64,000 nucleotides of DNA from Chloroflexota bacterium (GTDB taxonomy: Bacteria; Chloroflexota; UBA11872; UBA12225): positions 496 through 64,495 of the forward strand of contig DAOTTI010000137.1 of the NCBI GenBank assembly GCA_034437795.1. The letters are read 5' to 3'. This document shows positions 1-7,931 of the stretch, one piece after another. A program made the translations under genes and the position numbers. Positions within the stretch are counted from its first letter, which is position 1; the number at the start of each line of letters is the position of its first letter. The notes under the pieces were generated by a model, which was not told the origin of the DNA, did no database searches, and saw only the letters and a list, made by a program, of their open reading frames with translations.

Positions 1-727
1 CCAGGTCCGCCAGGCTCGCCACCCGCCGCTCCAGTTCGGCGGCCAAGGCCGGACGCGCCGCCTGGGGCACGGCCAGCAGGGACGCCAGGTGCACGCCGGA
101 GAACTGTAGGTAGAGCCCCGCCTGGTAGAGCACGACGCCACGCTTGCGGACCTGCGCCAGACCAACCAGCTTGGCGGCCTGCCCGTGCTTCTGGACGGCC
201 ACCTCATACGGAGACAGGGTCCCGAAGCAGGCGAGGGCGCGGGCCGCGAGGACGGAACCGGCCCCGGCCGACCGCTGCCGGCGCTGGTCGGCCCTGGCCT
301 CGTCGATCGAGACCAGCCGGACCGGCCACCTGCCGGCCGGCACCGCGTCCCGGCAGGCGGCGGCGAAGGCCGCGCCGAGCCAGCGGTAGGCCTCCACTAC
401 ATCCCCGCCGGCCAGCGGGTGGTCCGCCGGCAGCGCCACGTCCAGCGCCAGCAGGTCGGCGGAGGCCAGGACGGCGGTGCCGCCGGAGGTGCGCCGCACG
501 ACGGCGACACCGGCCCGCCGGCAGGCCTCCTCATCCACGACCGCCATAGGCTGGCTCGTCCCTAGCACCACGGCCGGCGCCGCATACGTGTACCAGCGTA
601 GCGCCAGCGGGACCTCGCCGGACGCCACCGCGCGCCAGAGCGCCTCCGTGCGCGCGAGGTGCGCCTCGGCCGTGGCCACCTCGACGCTGGTCGGGCTCTG
701 GAGCGGTAGCATGCCTAGCATCGTCAT
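1..727 (-). CDS. Lipoate-protein ligase / octanoyltransferase family protein (BPL_LplA_LipB fold); C-terminus lies outside the window
   Basis: My own minus-strand translation from the ATG at 727 gives MTMLGMLPLQSPTSVEV..RWYTYAAPAVVLGTSQ..VVRRTSGGTAVL..GQAAKLVGLAQVRKRG. It contains the RRxSGG motif and the K-x-x-G-x-AQ lysine motif of this family. The ORF track omits it because there is no stop inside the window. Confidence 0.6.
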   Translation of the reverse strand, partial: MTMLGMLPLQSPTSVEVATAEAHLARTEALWRAVASGEVPLALRWYTYAAPAVVLGTSQPMAVVDEEACRRAGVAVVRRTSGGTAVLASADLLALDVALPADHPLAGGDVVEAYRWLGAAFAAACRDAVPAGRWPVRLVSIDEARADQRRQRSAGAGSVLAARALACFGTLSPYEVAVQKHGQAAKLVGLAQVRKRGVVLYQAGLYLQFSGVHLASLLAVPQAARPALAAELERRVASLADL

Positions 728-916
728 GGCCGATAGAGAGCGGGGCGGCGCCACGCCGGGCGCCAACGCGGCGTGCATGAGCCCTGCGTCAATGGCCAGC
801 CGTTGCATCTGCCGCCGGCACTCCCAAGGGCACGACTGAACTCCGGTGTCAATGCCCAGCCTTACAGCTTACACGCGACGCTGGTGCCGCGCAGGAGCAT
901 CACTTGGTGGTTCACA

Positions 917-1016
917 GGTGGAGCCCTCTCCCCAAGGGCGAGTGACCTTAAGATGGAGCCCTCACCCTGGCCCTCTTCCCATGGGAGAGGGGATTATCCT
1001 ACGGGAGAGGGGAGCT
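917..1016. repeat. Family-A GC-rich hairpin repeats (GGAGCCCTCACCCTGGCCCTCTTCCCATGGGAGAGGGG type), 2-3 copies
   Basis: Stems CCCTCTTCCC / GGGAGAGGGG are seen directly. The same unit recurs at about 10 other sites in the window. Confidence 0.85.
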
Positions 1017-1018
1017 CG

Positions 1019-1966
1019 ATGTCCCAGGTCAGCAGGTCGGCGCTCGTCCTGCGCGCCCCAGCCAAGGTCAATCTGACCCTGGAGGTCGTCGGCCGCCGGC
1101 CGGACGGCTATCACGACATCTGCACGGTGATGCAGGCCATCACCCTGGCCGACGAGCTCTCGCTCCGGCCGGCGCCGGAGCTGTCCCTGCGCTGCAGCCG
1201 GCCGGAACTCGAGACCCCCGATAATCTGGTCTGGCGGGCCGCGATGCTCGTGCGGCGCGAGACCGGCGCCACGCAGGGCGCCGCCATCTTCCTGGACAAG
1301 CGGATCCCCATCGCGGCCGGCCTGGGCGGCGGCAGCTCCGACGCGGCGGCCGCGCTGCGGGGCCTGAACGAGCTGTGGGGGCTGGGCCTGGGGCCGGCGC
1401 AACTGATGGAGCTGGCGGCTCGGATCGGGTCCGACGTGCCCTTCTTCCTGCTGCGCGGCGGGTGCGCGCTTGCCGAGGGCCGGGGAGAGCGCCTGACCGA
1501 GCTGCCCCCCCTGCCGCCGCACTGGCTGGTGCTGGTCAAACCGCCGATCGGCATCTCCGCGGGCGCCGTCTATGGCGCCTTCCCGCGTGAGCGCTGGTCA
1601 GACTGTACGCGCACGCGAGCCTGGCTGGCGCAGGTGCGGCAGCTGGGGGCGGGGCGGCTGCCGGACCCGTTCAACGACCTGGAGGAGATCGCCCTGCAGG
1701 TAGCCCCCGAGGCGGCGCGGGCGCGGGATGCCTTGCTGGCGGCCGGCGCGCCGCGGCCGGTGATGGCCGGCAGCGGCTCGACGTTCTTCGCGGTCTTTGA
1801 GTCGCGGGCGGAGGCCATGGCCGCCTACCGGCGGGTGCCGGCCGGCGGGGGCCAGGACGCCTACCTGGCGGCCTTTGCCGAACCTGCTACCGAGCCGGAG
1901 CCGCCCGGCACGCGGGGGAGCGGGCCGGCCAGAGCAGGCGACCCGGGCCGAACGGTGACGCGGTAG
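1019..1966 (+). CDS. ispE: 4-diphosphocytidyl-2-C-methyl-D-erythritol kinase
   Basis: MSQVSRSALVLRAPAKVNLTLEVVGRRPDGYHDI..PIAAGLGGGSSDAAA is the GHMP kinase signature. The upstream part of ORF 773..1966 is only translated repeat. ATG 1019 follows GGGAGAGGGGAG. Confidence 0.9.
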   Translation: MSQVSRSALVLRAPAKVNLTLEVVGRRPDGYHDICTVMQAITLADELSLRPAPELSLRCSRPELETPDNLVWRAAMLVRRETGATQGAAIFLDKRIPIAAGLGGGSSDAAAALRGLNELWGLGLGPAQLMELAARIGSDVPFFLLRGGCALAEGRGERLTELPPLPPHWLVLVKPPIGISAGAVYGAFPRERWSDCTRTRAWLAQVRQLGAGRLPDPFNDLEEIALQVAPEAARARDALLAAGAPRPVMAGSGSTFFAVFESRAEAMAAYRRVPAGGGQDAYLAAFAEPATEPEPPGTRGSGPARAGDPGRTVTR

Positions 1967-1980
1967 AATTTCATGTCTGG

Positions 1981-2054
1981 TGGGGCGTGGCCAAGCGGTA
2001 AGGCAGGGGCCTTTGGAGCCTCGATCCCAGGTTCGAATCCTGGCGCCCCAGCCA
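1981..2054 (+). tRNA. tRNA-Gln (anticodon UUG), encoded CCA end
   Basis: The acceptor stem is TGGGGCG/CGCCCCA. The D arm is GCCAAGCGGTAAGGC, the anticodon stem-loop is GGGGC-CTTTGGA-GCCTC, and the T arm is CCAGGTTCGAATCCTGG, followed by GCCA. Confidence 0.9.
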
Positions 2055-2147
2055 GCCGCGCCCTGCCGGCGGCCTGCCAGGGTTGTACCGGCCGCACGCG
2101 CCGCGACTGCTGTAGGGTAATGGGCAGCCTCTCTCCCGGCGGCCGCA

Positions 2148-3665
2148 ATGACTGACCTGACACCAGCGCCTGGGTCTCAGCGCCCCGCGCTCCAGCCGGC
2201 CGGCTCGGCTCTCGGAGCGCGGGACCTCGCACGGCGGGCGGACGACGAGCGATCCGCCGTGCGTCCGGATCGGCCTCCACCGGTGGCCATCGTCCTGGCG
2301 GCCGGCAAGGGCACTCGCATGCAGTCGCGGCGCCACAAGGTGCTGCACCCACTGGCCGGCAAGCCGATGATCTGGCATGTCTTGCGGGCGCTGCAGGACG
2401 CCGGCCTGCCCCCGGAACGGACCGTCGTCGTCGTTGGGGAGAGCGCGCCCGAGGTGTGCGCGGCCATTGAAGACGGGTTCGGTGCCGGGCGCTACGCCTT
2501 CGCCGCGCAGGCGCCTCTGCTCGGGACCGGACACGCGGTGCTCCAGGCCCGGCCGTACGTCCCCGCAGAGGCCGGAACCGTGCTGGTGGCCTACGGCGAT
2601 ACGCCGTTGCTTCGGCCGGCGACGGTCCGGCGTCTGCTGGAGCAGCATGGCGAGGCGGCGGCCCAGGTCACGCTGGTCACCGGCTCGCTGCCCGATCCGT
2701 CAGGATACGGGCGGATCATCCGTGACGCCCGCGGCGGGGTGCAGGCGGTGGTGGAGGAGCGGGAGGCGACGCCCGAGCAGCTGGCCGTATGCGAGGTGAA
2801 CAGCGGCTTCTGTGCCTTTGACCCCCAGTGGCTCTGGTCCTGGCTCCCTCTGGTCCAGCCAGCGCCCAACGGCGAGATCTACCTCACCGCGCTGGCCAGC
2901 CTGGCGGCCGCGGAAGGGGCCACGATCGCCACCATTCAGTTGGACGACATCGTCGAGGTGCTCGGCGTGAACACCCGTGCCCAGCTGGCGGAGGCTGAGG
3001 CGACCCTCCGCCAGCGGCAGGCGCGCCGGCTGCTGGAGGCGGGTGTGACCCTCCAGGATCCGGCCACCACCTACGTCGACGTTGAGGTCGAGGTCGGTGC
3101 AGACACGGTCATCCTGGCCAACACCCATCTGCAGGGGGCGACGACCATCGGCGCGGCATGCGAGATTGGCCCCAACGCCATCATCCGCAACAGCCGGCTG
3201 GCGGACCGCTGCCGCGTGGTGGCCTCGGTCCTGGACGGCGCGGTTTTGGACGAGGGCGTCACGGTGGGGCCGTTCGCCCACCTGCGCCCGGGGACCCGCT
3301 GCGGCCGCGCGGTGGAGGTCGGCACCGGCAGCGAAATCAAGGCGTCTTCTCTGGGGGCTGGCAGCCGCATGCACCATTTCGGCTATCTTGGAGATGCCGT
3401 GGTGGGGGAGCAGGTAAACATCGGCGCCGGCACCGTGACGTGCAATTACGATGGGACGCGCAAGCACCAGACGCACGTCGGCGACCGGGCCTTCATCGGC
3501 AGCGACACGCTTCTGGTCGCCCCGGTCCGCGTTGGCGCGGGGGCGCTGACGGGGGCCGGCGCGGTCGTGCTGCACGACGTGCCGGATGGCGCCAAAGTAG
3601 CGGGCGTGCCGGCGCGCCAGATCGGCGTCCGCGGTGAGCCGAAGCCTGAGCCGGCAGCGGAGTAG
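2148..3665 (+). CDS. glmU: Bifunctional UDP-N-acetylglucosamine pyrophosphorylase / glucosamine-1-phosphate N-acetyltransferase
   Basis: The N-terminal part carries VAIVLAAGKGTRMQSRRHKVLHPLAGKPM. The C-terminal half has left-handed beta-helix hexapeptide repeats. The N-terminal ~45 aa extension makes the start uncertain. Confidence 0.9.
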   Translation: MTDLTPAPGSQRPALQPAGSALGARDLARRADDERSAVRPDRPPPVAIVLAAGKGTRMQSRRHKVLHPLAGKPMIWHVLRALQDAGLPPERTVVVVGESAPEVCAAIEDGFGAGRYAFAAQAPLLGTGHAVLQARPYVPAEAGTVLVAYGDTPLLRPATVRRLLEQHGEAAAQVTLVTGSLPDPSGYGRIIRDARGGVQAVVEEREATPEQLAVCEVNSGFCAFDPQWLWSWLPLVQPAPNGEIYLTALASLAAAEGATIATIQLDDIVEVLGVNTRAQLAEAEATLRQRQARRLLEAGVTLQDPATTYVDVEVEVGADTVILANTHLQGATTIGAACEIGPNAIIRNSRLADRCRVVASVLDGAVLDEGVTVGPFAHLRPGTRCGRAVEVGTGSEIKASSLGAGSRMHHFGYLGDAVVGEQVNIGAGTVTCNYDGTRKHQTHVGDRAFIGSDTLLVAPVRVGAGALTGAGAVVLHDVPDGAKVAGVPARQIGVRGEPKPEPAAE

Positions 3666-3844
3666 CGGCCAGGGATGTCTCCAGCCTCATCCACCGCGGC
3701 AGATAAACGGGACACCAGGCGCCACGCACCATAAGCTATAGGGGGAGACGAGACATGGCCACAATGCTCGGTCCAGCGGTGGAAGGCAGGCCGCGGCTGC
3801 TCGACCTCGATCAGCGCCCGTTCGGCGAGCCGGCGGAGCGCGCG

Positions 3845-4774
3845 ATGAAGGTATTCGCCGGCAACTCCAACCTGCCGCTGGCGCGAGAGATCTGCGAGCA
3901 CCTGGGGATCAGGCTCGGGCGCGCCCTGGTGACCACCTTCAAGAATGAAGAGACGCGCGTCCGCATCGAAGAGAACGTGCGCGGGGCCGACGTGTTCGTC
4001 ATCCAATCCACCTGCTCGCCGGTGGACCACCACATCATGGAGCTGCTGCTGATGATCGACGCCCTGCGCCGCGCCTCGGCCGAGCGGGTGACGGCGGTGA
4101 TCCCCTATTACGGCTACGCCAAGCAGGAGAAGAAGACGGCCGGGCGCGAGCCGATCTCGGCCAAGCTGGTGGCCAACCTGATCGCGACGGCCGGCGCCGA
4201 TCGGGTGGTGGCGATGGACCTGCACGCGGCGGCGATCGAGGGCTTTTTCGACATCCCCGTCGACCATCTGCGGGCCAATCCGATCGTGGCGGATGCCTTC
4301 CGGCGCCGGTTCACGCACGACGACATCGTGGTCGTCTCGCCGGATAGCGGGGGCGTGGCGCGGGCCTACGACTTCGCCCTGCGCATCGGGGCCCACCTGG
4401 CAATTATCGCCAAGCACCGGCCGCGGCCGGATGTAGCGGAGGTGATCGAGATGGTCGGTGACGTGCGGGGCAAGACGGCCGTGATCGTGGACGATATGAT
4501 TTCTACCGGAGGAACGCTGATCGAGGCGGCGGAGCTGCTGCTCTCCCGCGGAGCGCGCGACGTCGTCGCCTGCGCCACGCACGGGATCTTTGCAGCCGGC
4601 GCGGCCGATCTGATCCAGCGCTCTTCGATCAAGGAAGTGATCACGACGAATACCATCCCGCTGGCCGAGGGCAGCCAGCGCGATAAGATCCACCAGGTCA
4701 GCGTCGCGCCCCTGCTCGCGGAGGCGATCCGGCGCATCCACCGGCACCAGTCGGTGAGCGCGTTGTTTACGTAA
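3845..4774 (+). CDS. prs: Ribose-phosphate pyrophosphokinase
   Basis: MKVFAGNSNLPLAREICEHLGIRLG..VFVIQSTCSPVDHHIMELLLMIDALRRASA..VDDMISTGGTL. ATG 3845 is preceded by GGAGCG. The ORF-track start at 3755 is probably too long. Confidence 0.9.
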   Translation: MKVFAGNSNLPLAREICEHLGIRLGRALVTTFKNEETRVRIEENVRGADVFVIQSTCSPVDHHIMELLLMIDALRRASAERVTAVIPYYGYAKQEKKTAGREPISAKLVANLIATAGADRVVAMDLHAAAIEGFFDIPVDHLRANPIVADAFRRRFTHDDIVVVSPDSGGVARAYDFALRIGAHLAIIAKHRPRPDVAEVIEMVGDVRGKTAVIVDDMISTGGTLIEAAELLLSRGARDVVACATHGIFAAGAADLIQRSSIKEVITTNTIPLAEGSQRDKIHQVSVAPLLAEAIRRIHRHQSVSALFT

Positions 4775-4819
4775 TGCGTCGCAGCCCGGCCTGCGACCTG
4801 AAGAGCTATTAGTCTCGCA

Positions 4820-6235
4820 CTGCAGCTATTTTCCATACTGCTCCTGGCGGGTCTGGTTGCGGGCCTGCTCCTGCTGGCCACGTCCGCCGGCCTCTCCGGC
4901 GCGTGGACCGGCGCCGGCGCCGCCCTGCTGCTGACGGCTCTCGTCGGCGTTGCGGCGCTCTTCGCCGCCGCTGAGACGGCGGTGGCCGCCATCCGCCGCG
5001 CGCGCCTGCAGCAGTTGCTGGAAGAGCAGGCGCGGGGGGCGCGGGCGCTCCAGCGCCTCCTGGAGAACAGTTCGGGCTTTGTCGCCACCTCCCAGGTAGT
5101 GATCATGGCCGCGATCATCAGCGCGAACACAGTGCTGGTGGTCACCGCCGGGCCACCGCTGGCCACGATGCTGGGTAGCAGCGCCGGGGCCTACACCCTG
5201 CTGACCCTGGCCACCTGGCTGGTGGCTCTCGTCGTCGTGCAGCAGCTGGCCCGCGCCATCGGCCTGCGCTACGCCGAAGGGATCGCCCTGGGCACCGCCG
5301 GCCTGGCCCGTGCGACCGTGATCGTGCTCATGCCGGTGGTGGCGCTGTTCAACGCCCTGGGCATCCTGGTTCACCGCCAGGCCGGAGCCGCCCCGCGGGA
5401 GACGGCCGGAGCAGTGACGGAAGCGGGCATCATGCTCCAGGTGGACGTCGCCGAGGAGGAGGGGGTGCTGGAAGAAGACGAGGGGGAGATGATCCGCTCG
5501 ATCTTCGAGTTCGGCGACACGGTGGCGCGGGAGATCATGGTGCCCCGCATCGACATCCTGGCCGCGGCAGAGGACCAGACCATTCGCGAGGTGGTGGACC
5601 TGGTCATCGGCGCCGGCCACTCCCGCATCCCTATCTACCGCGACACCATCGACCACATCGTGGGCATCTTCTACGTCAAGGACGCCCTGCGCTTCATGCG
5701 CGAGGGGCGCCTGGACGTGAAGGTGGGAGAGGTGATGCGCCCGGCCTATTTCGTGCCGGAGACGAAGAAGCTGGACGAGCTGCTGCGCGAGATGCAGTCG
5801 CGCCGCGTGCACGTCGCCATCGTGGTGGACGAGTATGGCGGCACCGCCGGCCTGGTGACGATCGAAGACATCCTGGAAGAGATCGTGGGAGAGATCCAGG
5901 ACGAGTTCGACGCTGAGGCGCCGCTGATCGAGCGGGTAAGCGAGAACGAGGTCGTCGTCGACGCGCTGATGACGCTGGATGACGTGAACGATAGCCTCTC
6001 GCTGAACCTGCAGGCGGAGGACGTGGACACGCTGGGCGGGTTTGTCTATTCGATGCTGGGTCGCGTGCCGGTCAAGGGGGATGAGATCACGTCCGACGGG
6101 GCGCGCCTGGTGGTGGAGGAGGTGGAGGGGAACCGGATCAACAAGGTCCGCATCATCAAGCTGGCCGAGGCCACGGGGCCCAACGGGGCCGACGGCTCGG
6201 CCGAGCCCACCCGCCGCCCGCCCGAGGAGGCATAG
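4820..6235 (+). CDS. DUF21 - CBS pair - CorC_HlyC family membrane protein (hemolysin / Mg-Co efflux-like)
   Basis: [14 protein letters not shown] (DUF21), the CBS region [15 protein letters not shown], and a C-terminal CorC_HlyC domain are present. The first TM helix lies upstream of the first canonical start (GTG 4982). The start is therefore uncertain (CTG 4820 or ATT 4808). Confidence 0.8.
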   Translation: MQLFSILLLAGLVAGLLLLATSAGLSGAWTGAGAALLLTALVGVAALFAAAETAVAAIRRARLQQLLEEQARGARALQRLLENSSGFVATSQVVIMAAIISANTVLVVTAGPPLATMLGSSAGAYTLLTLATWLVALVVVQQLARAIGLRYAEGIALGTAGLARATVIVLMPVVALFNALGILVHRQAGAAPRETAGAVTEAGIMLQVDVAEEEGVLEEDEGEMIRSIFEFGDTVAREIMVPRIDILAAAEDQTIREVVDLVIGAGHSRIPIYRDTIDHIVGIFYVKDALRFMREGRLDVKVGEVMRPAYFVPETKKLDELLREMQSRRVHVAIVVDEYGGTAGLVTIEDILEEIVGEIQDEFDAEAPLIERVSENEVVVDALMTLDDVNDSLSLNLQAEDVDTLGGFVYSMLGRVPVKGDEITSDGARLVVEEVEGNRINKVRIIKLAEATGPNGADGSAEPTRRPPEEA

Positions 6236-6525
6236 CCCGGATCCTTCATGGGCAGGGAGAGGGATCACGGGGGGTGATTGTCTGGCCAAATCAATCAGCT
6301 CCCGGGTCCTTCATGGGCAGGGAGAGGGAACTCTTGGGCGGCGCCCTGACCCTCGCCCTCTCCCTCTGGGAAGGGGAGTCTTCTCCAAAGGAGCCCTCAC
6401 CCTAAGCCTCTCCCACAGGGAGAGGGAACTAAAGGAGCCCTCACCTCGCCCTGTTCCTGTGGGAGAGGGAACTGACCGCTTCCGACCGCGAGACGGAACT
6501 CTCCGCTGGCCGTGAAGGATCCGGG
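6236..6525. repeat. 290-bp block of family-A hairpins bounded by 15-nt terminal inverted repeats (MITE-like)
   Basis: The left end is CCCGGATCCTTCATG (6236-6250). The right end is CGTGAAGGATCCGGG (6511-6525), which is its reverse complement at 14/15 positions. The left arm is duplicated internally at 6301-6329. At least 4 CCCTCTCCC..GGGAGAGGG hairpins lie inside. Confidence 0.6.
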
Positions 6526-6587
6526 CTGGCGGAGCACGACCAGTACGGTGATTGCGCTGGCCGCGGGGCGGCCAGGAGGAGGACGGT

Positions 6588-7007
6588 ATGGCCGAACCGG
6601 CGCTCAATGCGCAGCAGCTAGCCCTGATCGACGCCGCCCGCCGTGTGCGCGAGCGCGCCTATGCCCCGTATTCCCGCTTCAACGTGGGGGCGGCGGTGCT
6701 GGCGGGGGGCAGGACCTTTACCGGCTGCAACGTCGAAAACGCGTCCTACGGGCTCACCATCTGCGCCGAGCGGGCGGCGGTCTTCGCCGCGGTGGCGGCG
6801 GGGGAACGGCGGATCGAAGCCGTCGCCATCGTGACCGATACCGCGTCCCCGGTGGCGCCGTGCGGCGCCTGCCGGCAGGTCCTGGCCGAGTTCGGACCAG
6901 ACGCGATCGTGATCAGCGCCACTGTCTCCGGCCGCCGCACCGTCTCCACCCTGTCTCATCTACTTCCCGCCGCGTTTGGTCCGTCCGATCTGGAGGATCG
7001 GCTATAA
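6588..7007 (+). CDS. cdd: Cytidine deaminase
   Basis: APYSRFNVGAAVL..GCNVENASYGLTICAERAAVF..PCGACRQVLAEF gives the CAE and PCGxCRQ zinc motifs. AGGAGGAGG lies upstream of ATG 6588. Confidence 0.85.
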   Translation: MAEPALNAQQLALIDAARRVRERAYAPYSRFNVGAAVLAGGRTFTGCNVENASYGLTICAERAAVFAAVAAGERRIEAVAIVTDTASPVAPCGACRQVLAEFGPDAIVISATVSGRRTVSTLSHLLPAAFGPSDLEDRL

Positions 7008-7008
7008 T
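7003..7008 (+). promoter_or_regulatory. Perfect TATAAT hexamer overlapping the cdd stop codon, 15 nt upstream of the recO GTG
   Basis: GCTATAATCTGGGCATATCCAGGTG. This hexamer is rare in 70% GC sequence. No convincing -35 element is present. Confidence 0.25.
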
Positions 7009-7022
7009 CTGGGCATATCCAG

Positions 7023-7910
7023 GTGGGCTCCCCCCGCGTCTACCGCACGGAGGCCGTCGTGCTGCGCCGCCACGATGTTGGCGAAGCGGACAGGGTCCTC
7101 ACGCTCTACAGCCCGTGGCGGGGGAAGTTCCGCGCCATCGCCAAGGGCGTGCGCCGGCCCAAGAGCCGGCTGGGCGGCCACGTGGAGCTGTTCACCCACG
7201 TCAATCTGTTGGTGGCGCAGGGGCGCAACCTGGACATCGTCACCCAGGCGCAGGCGATCCGGCCCTTCGCCCGCCTGCGGGACGATCTCTGGAAGGCGGC
7301 CTACGCCTGCTACGCGGCGGAGCTAGTCGACCGCTTCACGGAGGAGCACCTGGAGAACCAGCCCATTTTCGACCTGCTGCTGCAGATCCTGGCCTTCCTG
7401 GATGAGCTGGGGGTCTGGCCGGATGCGGCGGGTAATGGGAGCGTGCGCGAGGCGGGGGAGGCCGGCTCGGCCGTTGAGCTTTCGCTGCGCAACTTCGAGC
7501 TGCGCCTGCTCGGCGCACTCGGCTATGCGCCGGAGCTCTTTCACTGCGTCCAGTGCGGCCAGCGCCTGGTGCCCGGCGACAACCGCTTCAGCGCGTCCGG
7601 CGGCGGCGTGCTCTGCGCCGCCTGCGGCGTCACCCACCCGGGCGCGCGCGTCCTGAGCGACAACGCTATTAAAGCCATGCGCCTGATGAGCGGGGAGCCC
7701 TTTGGCGTCTTTCGCCGGCTGCGCCTGCCCGCGGCGCCGGCCCTGGAGATCGAGGGGGCGCTCCGCGCGCACATCAACTTCATTCTGGAGCGCCAGCTCC
7801 GCACCGCTGAGTTTCTCGACCGCATGAAGGCCGGGCGCCAGCGCGAGCGGCGCCCGGCTCCAGGGGCACGGGCCGCGCCCGGGGAGACGGTGGCGGTCGC
7901 CAGCGGGTAG
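7023..7910 (+). CDS. recO: DNA repair protein RecO
   Basis: VYRTEAVVLRRHDVGEADRVLTLYSPWRGKFRAIAKGVRRPKSRLGGHVELF, plus the C-terminal zinc motif CVQCG..CAACG. Confidence 0.85.
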   Translation: MGSPRVYRTEAVVLRRHDVGEADRVLTLYSPWRGKFRAIAKGVRRPKSRLGGHVELFTHVNLLVAQGRNLDIVTQAQAIRPFARLRDDLWKAAYACYAAELVDRFTEEHLENQPIFDLLLQILAFLDELGVWPDAAGNGSVREAGEAGSAVELSLRNFELRLLGALGYAPELFHCVQCGQRLVPGDNRFSASGGGVLCAACGVTHPGARVLSDNAIKAMRLMSGEPFGVFRRLRLPAAPALEIEGALRAHINFILERQLRTAEFLDRMKAGRQRERRPAPGARAAPGETVAVASG

Positions 7911-7931
7911 GTTCCGCGATACGTCTTCCAG

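Noticed and set aside
773-1018. Long N-terminal extensions given by the ORF track (773..1018 for ispE, 15807..16238 for the AKR, 19450..19839 for the membrane protein, 45351..45581 for the sulfatase homologue, 22246..22437 for Usp).
   Set aside because: The extensions cover repeats or the 3' ends of upstream genes. Internal starts coincide with the conserved family N-termini, and usually with a Shine-Dalgarno sequence.
1981-2054. tRNA-Gln as an integration site for a mobile element.
   Set aside because: There is no integrase and no duplicated tRNA 3' end, and the flanking genes (ispE, glmU, prs) are housekeeping.
4826-6289. Long antisense ORFs opposite well-supported genes. Examples: 3446..4747(-), 4826..6289(-), 10296..11621(-), 14946..16160(-), 16170..17450(-), 39838..41358(-), 41271..42794(-), 45399..46679(-), 52423..54030(-), 54181..55110(-), 55996..57120(-).
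   Set aside because: They are Arg/Pro/Gly/Ala-rich translations with no motifs. They lie exactly opposite genes with clear family signatures. In 70% GC DNA stop codons are rare, so such shadow ORFs are expected.
6042-6515. ORFs lying in repeat arrays (6042..6515, 6311..6607, 13890..14031, 21768..22394, 33562..33906, 55890..56261, 57620..58297, 58789..58992).
   Set aside because: Their sequences are concatenated repeat translations (SPLPxGEG, LTLSLSHRERE, SPPSPLSDTERG). The same peptides appear in several frames and both orientations, which is not expected for real proteins.
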